Source of the DNA: Ktedonobacterales bacterium
GTDB lineage: Bacteria > Chloroflexota > Ktedonobacteria > Ktedonobacterales > JADMIN01
DNA length: 32,000 nt
Reading direction: 5' to 3'
NCBI GenBank assembly: GCA_030167145.1
Contig: CP126532.1
Span: 4,230,001-4,262,000, forward strand
Part shown: positions 1-6,315 of the stretch, one piece after another
Numbering within the stretch: the first letter of the stretch is position 1
Layout of the letters: every line of letters starts with the position of its first letter
Program-made: the position numbers and the translations under genes
The notes under the pieces: generated by a model
Databases searched by the model: none
Told to the model about the DNA's origin: nothing
The model's input: the letters and a program-made list of their open reading frames with translations, nothing else

Positions 1-257
1 AGGGGTGAGCGGGCGGCAGCGTAGTAGTAAGCGACAGCGATGAGCTACCGGGCGTGGTCATGATGTCCGTTCGATCAGCAGGTGTGATGCGCATGTGAGA
101 GCAGTGCGGCGCGCTGTGACTGCGTTGTGCCTTCTATGGGCTATGGAAGACAAAGGCTATGGAAGTCAGTCGCATCACGTTCGCAATGGTGGCGGGCCGT
201 GGGAATTTGCTAGCGTTCCAACGGTCCATGCGATCACTACTCCCAAGGAGGGACGTT

Positions 258-653
258 ATGAGCCGTCTTGAGTTGAGCGCGCACATGAAGATTCGTCCGG
301 GAAAGTTCGACGGATTTAAGAAACAGGCGGCTGAGTTGATCAGGCTGGCGCAGGAGAAGGACACCCAAACGCTGCGCTACGACTGGTTCATCAGCCGTGA
401 TGGCACGGAGTGCGAAGTCCGTGAGGCTTATGCGAGTTCGGAGGGCCTGATTGAACATTCGACCCACATCGCAGAGGCGCGCAACCGATTATTTGCCGAG
501 TTTGCCGAGGGCCACGTCATGACGGCGTATGGGGAGCCGTCACCAGAGTTGTTCGCGATGGTAGAAGCGATGCAGAAGGCAGGGCATGTCAAGATCACCT
601 GGTTCTCCTTCTTGCAAGGCTTGCAGTCACCCGCACATGCGTCTAGCGTGTGA
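258..653 (+). CDS. Small ABM/Dabb-fold protein (putative antibiotic-biosynthesis-monooxygenase family)
   Basis: In-frame part of track ORF 159..653. The ATG at 258 lies 6 nt after AAGGAGG (245-251). About 131 aa with a ferredoxin-like ABM pattern (RYDWFISRDGTECEVREAY..SEGLIEH). Family call is from motif recollection only. Confidence 0.55.
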   Translation: MSRLELSAHMKIRPGKFDGFKKQAAELIRLAQEKDTQTLRYDWFISRDGTECEVREAYASSEGLIEHSTHIAEARNRLFAEFAEGHVMTAYGEPSPELFAMVEAMQKAGHVKITWFSFLQGLQSPAHASSV

Positions 654-726
654 GGAACGGTGAAGCGCGTGCGTACACGGCTGGCGGAATATGACAGCAA
701 ATGGGACGAACAGGCGCGCACCGCTG

Positions 727-1218
727 CTAGTCTTCCCACGCATCATTGACCTGGCGCAGGGCGCGGATATGGTTGATCTCACCTGCGTGGTAGAGGTCGT
801 GCTGGATCATGGTCACGGCGATGATCCAGCGGGTCTCTCGTAATTCACCCCAGTTGGTCCGGCGTGGTTCCAGCAGTTCGGCATCGTCGGCGAGCGCGGC
901 GACGCCGCTGCGTAGACGCTCCTGGTTGGCTCGGAGCCAGGCGATGGCCGTCGGGAGGTCTGCGGTCGCCTCATCGCCGCCAACCTGCGGGTCATCCCAG
1001 GTGAGGGTTGCCCCGCCGAAGGCCTGGTCGTAGGCCATCACCTTGACACGGCCCAGATGGCGGACGATGTCGCGGATCGAGCGTGCGCCGCCTGGAGGTA
1101 CCCACTCCCAGTCCTCGGGCGTAACCGTGTTCAGGTTGCTGAGCAGGGAGTGCCAGTCTGGCCCATCGAACCCCGCATCCATCAGGTAGAGATACGATTC
1201 AATCGTCTGCCTCGTCAT
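727..1218 (-). CDS. DinB-family (four-helix-bundle, metal-binding) protein
   Basis: 163-aa track ORF. It has IRDIVRHL and a C-terminal HDLYHAGEI histidine motif typical of DinB/DinB_2. GGAGGG SD lies upstream of the ATG. Confidence 0.7.
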   Translation of the reverse strand: MTRQTIESYLYLMDAGFDGPDWHSLLSNLNTVTPEDWEWVPPGGARSIRDIVRHLGRVKVMAYDQAFGGATLTWDDPQVGGDEATADLPTAIAWLRANQERLRSGVAALADDAELLEPRRTNWGELRETRWIIAVTMIQHDLYHAGEINHIRALRQVNDAWED

Positions 1219-1300
1219 GGCTGACCCTCCGAAGTCTACTCGCGGCGCAGAACGCCGCCCGATTATCTTTCAGCGGAACGCGAGGTGGGTATCCGCAAGG

Positions 1301-1308
1301 AGTATACT
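1301..1308 (-). promoter_or_regulatory. Palindromic -10 candidate AGTATACT (DinB gene 727..1218)
   Basis: Reads TATACT on both strands, about 85 nt upstream of the DinB start. Confidence 0.3.
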
Positions 1309-1406
1309 GCGTTAGGCGGAAAATATCCGCCCTATTTCGCGTTATGTGGTTTTGCGGTTTATGGCGGGTACGGCGCGAAGGGGCGGGGTGGGTGCATCCA
1401 CGCGCC

Positions 1407-1426
1407 GGGCGTCCACCGGACGCCCC
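1407..1426 (+). repeat. H1 hairpin module GGGCGTCC-ACC-GGACGCCC(C)
   Basis: Exact 20-mer also found at 2279-2298, 2919-2938 and 16132-16151. Confidence 0.85.
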
Positions 1427-1514
1427 TCTTCGGAACGGCTCAGAGGGGCTGCGCTCCGCTTGCCCTACGATGGCATGGGTGTCCTCGCGAGCGGGCTGGT
1501 GGGCGTGGCCCCGC

Positions 1515-1650
1515 CTCGGCCATCAATGGCCGGCGCACAGACGGATGGCATGAATGCGGTGGGGAATCGCGTGATGGGCGGGGCGCGGGTGGTGAAGATG
1601 GGTGGTAAGGGAAGCTCTCGGCCTGAAGGCCGTGGGTAATCCTGGATGGA
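1515..1650 (+). repeat. Degenerate hairpin array, locus 1 (GGCC/GGCA-stem cores, TAATCC/GAATC box, G-rich linker)
   Basis: Cores are GGCCATCAATGGCC (1518), GGCATGAATGCGG (1547) and GGCCTGAAGGCC (1620). The last two are 73 nt apart. About 90 nt aligns with 4021-4109. Confidence 0.75.
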
Positions 1651-1716
1651 GGGGCAGCCGGTGGGGAAGATGGGTGTGGGGCGGGAACGCGGTATGAGCG
1701 GGCGGCGCAGAGGCAA

Positions 1717-1725
1717 TGCTATACT
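1717..1725 (+). promoter_or_regulatory. Extended -10 promoter candidate TGcTATACT (cupin gene)
   Basis: ATGCTATACTGG lies 80 nt upstream of the ATG at 1805. The same 9-mer lies upstream of mod. No convincing -35. Confidence 0.4.
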
Positions 1726-1804
1726 GGCGTCATTCCGCTCCAAGGTGGCGTTCGCCGTTGTTCGCCCAACCTGACGCGGCCCTGATTGACAGAGGAGAAC
1801 CGAG

Positions 1805-2197
1805 ATGACCGAGGCGACACAACCAGACGCTCCGAAGGCAGACGCTACGGACACGCAGTGGCCGCCAGAGTTCGATGCGCTCGTCGCCGCTCCCGCACAT
1901 CACACGCTGCTCTTTGAGAATGAGCAGGTGCGCGTGCTCGACACCACTATCGCTCCCGGCGACCGCACCCCAATCCATACTCATCGCTGGCCGTCCGCCC
2001 TGTATATCCTGAGCTGGAGCGCGTTTGTGCGCTTCGACGCCGAGGGGGGCGTGCTGTTGGATTCACGCCAGGTCCCCGCATTGGTGACGCCGCCGCCGGT
2101 GTTGTGGGGGGCGCCCTTGCCGCCACACGCGCTCGAAAATGTGGGCGAGGCAGATCTGCATGTGATCAGTGTCGAGGTCAAGGGTGAGCCCAGCTAA
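1805..2197 (+). CDS. Cupin-domain protein
   Basis: 130-aa track ORF with GAGGAG SD about 8 nt upstream. PGDRTPIHTHRWP and ENVGEADLHVISVE resemble the two cupin motifs. Confidence 0.6.
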   Translation: MTEATQPDAPKADATDTQWPPEFDALVAAPAHHTLLFENEQVRVLDTTIAPGDRTPIHTHRWPSALYILSWSAFVRFDAEGGVLLDSRQVPALVTPPPVLWGAPLPPHALENVGEADLHVISVEVKGEPS

Positions 2198-2264
2198 CGC
2201 GCCGTCGCAATGCGGGCAGTAGTGTTATGAAGGCGCATAAACCGCATGGCTGGTATGTACCAAC

Positions 2265-2298
2265 GGGCGTCCCCCGGCGGGCGTCCACCGGACGCCCC
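2265..2298 (+). repeat. H1 hairpin module preceded by a truncated half-copy
   Basis: GGGCGTCCCCCGGC (half copy) followed by GGGCGTCCACCGGACGCCCC and then TACGGG. Confidence 0.8.
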
Positions 2299-2415
2299 TA
2301 CGGGTGCGGGGTGCGAGTAGGAAGGTCGTCCCGCTCACATTTGAATAGGGCATGAGTCGCGCCTATATGGCACGCTGCTGCTTCCTCGCCTTCGCCTTTC
2401 GGGTGCTCGTGCGGC

Positions 2416-2421
2416 TATAAT
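2416..2421 (+). promoter_or_regulatory. -10 candidate TATAAT (hypothetical gene 2449..2856)
   Basis: Consensus hexamer 28 nt upstream of the ATG. The -35 is weak (TTCGCC, 19-nt spacer). Confidence 0.35.
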
Positions 2422-2448
2422 GGGGGGTGTAAGGGCGAGGAGGCGAGT

Positions 2449-2856
2449 ATGTCTGAGCCAACGTCTATGCCGAGCGACGAGAACCAGAGCTTCGATGATA
2501 CGTACCGGCCGCTGACGCGCGAGGCGATCACGAGTATTGTGAGCGGCGAGGTCGAGGGGGGCTGCGATCCGGTGGAGCGCGCACGCGACTATGCCGAGCG
2601 CGGCAAGCCGGATTTCGCGCTGGCCTATTTGCTGGCGAGCACGCTCGCCGATGACGAGAAGCGCGAACTGTTCGCGCACGCATACGAGCGGCGATCCAGC
2701 ATCACCACACAGCGCGCGGCGGAGTTCGACCGCAAGTTTCACCGCGAGTTTCCGCTGCTGCACAATGATGCGGCGAAAGACCGGGCGACGGCGCGGCAGA
2801 TTCGCGCGGGCAAGGTGGTGCGGAAGGGCACTGACCGGCATATCCCGATGATTTGA
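2449..2856 (+). CDS. Hypothetical protein
   Basis: 135-aa ORF with GAGGAGG SD and a TATAAT box upstream. GC-rich third codon positions. The longer antisense ORF 2335..2928 is Arg-rich and looks spurious. Confidence 0.5.
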   Translation: MSEPTSMPSDENQSFDDTYRPLTREAITSIVSGEVEGGCDPVERARDYAERGKPDFALAYLLASTLADDEKRELFAHAYERRSSITTQRAAEFDRKFHREFPLLHNDAAKDRATARQIRAGKVVRKGTDRHIPMI

Positions 2857-2918
2857 CCTAACCCCCGACCCCTTCCCTACAAGGGAAGGGGAGAGCATAC
2901 GGGTACATGTCGTGCGGC

Positions 2919-2978
2919 GGGCGTCCACCGGACGCCCCTACGGATGGCCCGCAGCCGCAAAACCCGCTGTCGCGGGTT
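2919..2978 (+). repeat. Composite H1 + H2 module (GGGCGTCCACCGGACGCCCCTACGGATGGCC...AAACCCGCTGTCGCGGGTT)
   Basis: About 60 nt collinear with 16132-16184. The H2 hairpin is AACCCGC-tgt-CGCGGGTT. Confidence 0.8.
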
Positions 2979-3020
2979 GGGAATCAAGAGCGTACACGCA
3001 GAGATACAGAGGAAGCGGAC

Positions 3021-3803
3021 ATGGATAATCAGCAGCGGCAATCCCTGCCACCCTTGCCACTAGCGGCCAGCCAGGGCGGACCCGATGATGCGACGCAGAC
3101 GGCGTGGAAGCTGGCCGCCGCGCAGGCCGCAGTCGCGGCGATCCCCGATGGGGCAGTGCTGGGCCTGGGTAGCGGCACGACGGCGATGCTGATGGTGCGT
3201 GAGCTGGCGGCGCGTATCCAGCAGCAGGGGCTGCGCGTGACGGGGGTGCCGACCTCGGAGCAGACGCGCGCCACCGCCGCCGCGCTGGGCATCCCGCTGG
3301 CGGACCTGAACGACGTGCCTGCGGTGACGATGAGCATAGACGGCGCTGATGAGGTCACGTTTCCGCGGCTGGACCTCATCAAGGGGCTGGGGGGCGCGCT
3401 GCTGCGCGAGAAGCTGGTGGCGTCGGCCAGCCGCTATCGGGTGATCATCGCGGATGCGACGAAAGCGGTTCCCGCGCTGGCAAGCGCCCGCCCCATTCCC
3501 GTGGAGGTGATCCCGTTCGGCTGGCGGCATACCGCTGGGCGGCTGGGGGCGCTGGGGGCGAGGGTGGTATTACGCACAGCCAGCGACGCTACACCAGGCG
3601 ACCCCAACGCGGCGCCGTATGTGACGGATACGGGCAACTATATCCTGGACTGCTCATTCGGTCCGATTCCGCAGCCGGATATGCTGGCGGGGTATCTGAA
3701 GGCGACGGTGGGGGTGGTGGAGCACGGTCTCTTCATCGGCATGACGGATCGCGTGTATCTGGCTGGACCGGATGGGGTGCGCATCTACGACCGGCCACGG
3801 TGA
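3021..3803 (+). CDS. rpiA: Ribose-5-phosphate isomerase A
   Basis: GLGSGTT, SIDGADEV and KGLGGALLREK motifs. I chose the start at the ATG at 3021 because the 2907-3020 extension is made of the intergenic hairpin repeat. Confidence 0.85.
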   Translation: MDNQQRQSLPPLPLAASQGGPDDATQTAWKLAAAQAAVAAIPDGAVLGLGSGTTAMLMVRELAARIQQQGLRVTGVPTSEQTRATAAALGIPLADLNDVPAVTMSIDGADEVTFPRLDLIKGLGGALLREKLVASASRYRVIIADATKAVPALASARPIPVEVIPFGWRHTAGRLGALGARVVLRTASDATPGDPNAAPYVTDTGNYILDCSFGPIPQPDMLAGYLKATVGVVEHGLFIGMTDRVYLAGPDGVRIYDRPR

Positions 3804-3809
3804 GGTGTG

Positions 3810-4110
3810 GCGAGAACGCGGCATGAATGCCGCGGCTAATCCCGTGGCGAGAGCACTGCGGATGGCGAACGGGGTGGTAAATGGAGCAGGCGGCCTGAAG
3901 AGCCGCGGCTAATTCCGTGGCGAGGGGTCATCCGGTGAGCAACATAGGAGGCGCACGAATTTGATTAGCCCCGGCATTCATGCTGGGATGCGGCTACCAC
4001 TGGGATGGCGCCCCGCGAGCGAATGCCGTGCGGAGAGCGCTGCGGGTGGTGGAGGTGGGTGGTAATGCGAGTTCTCGGCATGAATGCCGCAGCTAATCCC
4101 GTTTCGACGC
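3810..4110 (+). repeat. Degenerate hairpin array, locus 2
   Basis: Cores at 3820 (GGCATGAATGCC), 3892 (GGCCTGAAGAGCC), 4078 (GGCATGAATGCC), and an inverted copy at 3961-3987 (TTGATTAGCCCCGGCATTCATGC). Each is followed by GCTAAT[CT]CCGT. Confidence 0.8.
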
Positions 4111-4190
4111 CACTTGCGAATTTGCCAGGGACGTAACGCATGGGGTGGTATGAGACCGCGACGCACACGCACGGATGGCGCATCTGGTGG

Positions 4191-4276
4191 GGCGGACATT
4201 GCTGTCTGCCCCCAACCGCGCGGACAGACAGGAATGCCATCCCCCGAACGACGCGGACAGACAGGAATGTCTGTCC
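4191..4276 (+). repeat. Hairpin plus 33-nt-spaced direct repeat block upstream of the mod promoter
   Basis: GGCGGACAttgcTGTCTGCC hairpin (4191-4210). CGCGGACAGACAGGAATG occurs twice (4219-4236, 4252-4269). The second copy completes a perfect 8-bp hairpin GGACAGAC-aggaat-GTCTGTCC (4255-4276). Confidence 0.75.
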
Positions 4277-4297
4277 TACCCATGTTCCCCGCTCCTA

Positions 4298-4306
4298 TGC
4301 TATACT
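4298..4306 (+). promoter_or_regulatory. Extended -10 promoter candidate TGcTATACT (mod-res operon)
   Basis: CTATGCTATACTACTGG lies 78 nt upstream of the mod ATG, immediately after the repeat block. Confidence 0.4.
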
Positions 4307-4383
4307 ACTGGCGGTGCAATACCTCAGCCGCTATCCGCCTCCGGCTCGCACGAGCCGCTAGAATGCCAGGAGCGCATACCGCT

Positions 4384-6315
4384 ATGACTGAACTGGTGTG
4401 GGATGGGAAGTACGATACAGAGGGGAAGCGGACGGCGCCGGTGCGGATTCCGCTGCCGTTTCAGACGATTGAGACGGTGAATGAGTCGGGGGCGGTGCGG
4501 GCGCACCAACTGGACCTCTTCGCGCAGGGGAGGCCGACGGACTGGCGCAATCGGCTGATCTGGGGCGACAAGAAATATGTGCTGCCGTCGCTGCTGCCCG
4601 AATTCGCGGGCAAGGTGAATCTGATCTACATTGACCCTCCGTTCGCCACTGGCGCTAACTTCTCGTTCACCGCCACCATCCCCGAAGCCGAGGAATCGTT
4701 TACCAAAGAGCCGAGCCTAATCGAACAGAAAGCCTATCGCGATACATGGGGGCAAGGAATTGATAGCTACCTGCAATGGTTCTCGGAAACAGCACTATTG
4801 TTAAGGGAATTGCTAACTTCCAACGGTACTATATTCGTCCATGTCGGGTGGCAGGTTAGCAGCGCAGTACGATTGGTGCTTGATGAGACCTTTGGTGCCG
4901 ACTGGCATTTGAACGAGATCATTTGGAAAAGAACGCCACATGCGGGAAGCAGTAAAGCTCGGTCGAACAAGCTTCCTGTCAATCATGAGTGCATTTATTG
5001 GTACGCAAAGGGAGATGGATATACTTATCACCATCAATATACACCTTACGAACAGGAATATATAGACCGATTTTCAAATCCAGATAGCGATCCTCGCGGT
5101 CCTTGGCAAAGTGTTGCCCTAAGGACCTATTCCCAAGAGACGTTTGACAAATTGAAAGCAGCCAACATGCTTATACCTCCTCAACGGGAGGGTGCGGGCT
5201 GGCGATATAAATGGTTTCTATCTGAAACAAAAGGCAAGCAAATCGAAGATATTTGGACTGATATAAGTGCAGCAAACTCTATGGCAAACGAGCGATTAGA
5301 CTACCCCACCCAAAAGCCAGAGGCGCTGCTCGAACGGATTGTTCGAGCGTCATCGAATGAGGGTGATCTGGTGCTGGATTGCTTCTGCGGCAGCGGGACG
5401 ACGGCGGCGGTGGCGGAGAAGCTGGGACGCCGCTGGATCACCGCCGACCTGGGGCGCTTCGCCATCGCCACCACGCGCAAGCGGCTGCTCAGCATCGAGA
5501 ATGTGCAGCCATTCTGCGTGCAGAATCTAGGGAAGTACGAGCGGCAGGCGTGGCAGGTGGCGGAGTTCGCCGCAGGCGATGTGAAGCAGGCGCCGCAGAC
5601 GCAACTGGCCTACCGCCGCTTCATGCTGGATCTCTATCGCGCGCAGCCGCTGGACGGCTACACCTGGCTGCACGGGCTGCGCGACGGGCGACTGGTGCAT
5701 ATCGGCTCGGTGGATGCGCCGGTGGCGCTGGGCGATGTGCAGAATATCGTCAAGGAGGTGTGGAAGGTGCGCGGGCAGGGATTGACCAATAGCGTAGATG
5801 TGCTGGGCTGGGACTTCGCCTTCGAGATGCACGAGACCGCGAGCCAGATGGCGGCGCAGGCCAACGTGCAGGTGCGTTTCAAGCGCATCCCGCGCGAGGT
5901 GCTGGAAAAGAAGGCGGTGGAGCAGGGGGATATCAAGTTCTTCGAGCTGGCGGCGCTGGACGCGCACATCAGCCAGCGGGCGAGCGATGCGGTGGATGCG
6001 CCGCTGCAGGACTGCGGGCCGCACGTGACGGTGACGCTGACCGACTTCACCGTTCCGCCCGACGACATCCCCGACGATGTGCAGCAGGCGGTGAAGCATT
6101 GGAGCCAGTGGATAGATTACTGGGCGGTGGATTGGGACTATCAGGGCGACGCCTTCCACAACATGGCGCAGACCTTCCGCACGCGCAAGCAGCCGCAGTT
6201 GCAGACGCGGCTCGCCCATAGCTACGACCAGCCCGGAAGCTATACCATCGTCGTGAAGGTGATAGACATCCTCGGCAACGACACCACCAAGACGCTGAAG
6301 GTGGAGGTGCGGTGA
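4384..6315 (+). CDS. mod: Type III R-M modification subunit (beta-class N6A/N4C DNA methyltransferase) with long C-terminal extension
   Basis: Motif IV LIYIDPPF precedes motif I LVLDCFCGSGTT (beta order), and YPTQKPEALLERI is present. AGGAG lies 11 nt before the ATG at 4384. The upstream part of track ORF 4084.. is repeat DNA. The stop overlaps the res start. Confidence 0.85.
   Translation: MTELVWDGKYDTEGKRTAPVRIPLPFQTIETVNESGAVRAHQLDLFAQGRPTDWRNRLIWGDKKYVLPSLLPEFAGKVNLIYIDPPFATGANFSFTATIPEAEESFTKEPSLIEQKAYRDTWGQGIDSYLQWFSETALLLRELLTSNGTIFVHVGWQVSSAVRLVLDETFGADWHLNEIIWKRTPHAGSSKARSNKLPVNHECIYWYAKGDGYTYHHQYTPYEQEYIDRFSNPDSDPRGPWQSVALRTYSQETFDKLKAANMLIPPQREGAGWRYKWFLSETKGKQIEDIWTDISAANSMANERLDYPTQKPEALLERIVRASSNEGDLVLDCFCGSGTTAAVAEKLGRRWITADLGRFAIATTRKRLLSIENVQPFCVQNLGKYERQAWQVAEFAAGDVKQAPQTQLAYRRFMLDLYRAQPLDGYTWLHGLRDGRLVHIGSVDAPVALGDVQNIVKEVWKVRGQGLTNSVDVLGWDFAFEMHETASQMAAQANVQVRFKRIPREVLEKKAVEQGDIKFFELAALDAHISQRASDAVDAPLQDCGPHVTVTLTDFTVPPDDIPDDVQQAVKHWSQWIDYWAVDWDYQGDAFHNMAQTFRTRKQPQLQTRLAHSYDQPGSYTIVVKVIDILGNDTTKTLKVEVR

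Noticed and set aside
1-61. A possible 5' end of a minus-strand gene leaving the window (ATG at 61, MTTPGSSSLSLTTTLPPAHP..).
   Set aside because: Only 20 codons are visible, there is no SD, and the sequence is low-complexity. That is not enough to support a call.
1285-1854. Overlapping ORFs in the 1219-1804 gap (1285..1608+, 1344..1553+, 1346..1639+, 1465..1854-).
   Set aside because: All are translations of the repeat arrays (Gly/Arg/Trp-rich), they overlap in three frames, and none has an SD or a recognisable domain.
3810-4110. A CRISPR array, suggested by a conserved hairpin-containing core of about 35 nt alternating with about 36 nt of other sequence (71-73 nt period). The same pattern occurs at 1515-1650 and 14647-14897.
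   Set aside because: Neighbouring cores differ by 10-25%. The intervening segments resemble each other (the same G-rich GGTGG/GATGG words), so they are not unique spacers. There are only 2-5 units per locus, at three loci within 15 kb. One unit is inverted. No cas genes or leader are present. This behaves as a degenerate tandem or interspersed repeat, not a CRISPR.
4084-4383. N-terminal 100-codon extension of the mod ORF, and similarly 2907-3020 for rpiA.
   Set aside because: The extensions consist of the intergenic hairpin and direct repeats, and they contain the promoter-like TGcTATACT box. Conserved protein sequence and good SDs begin at 4384 and 3021.
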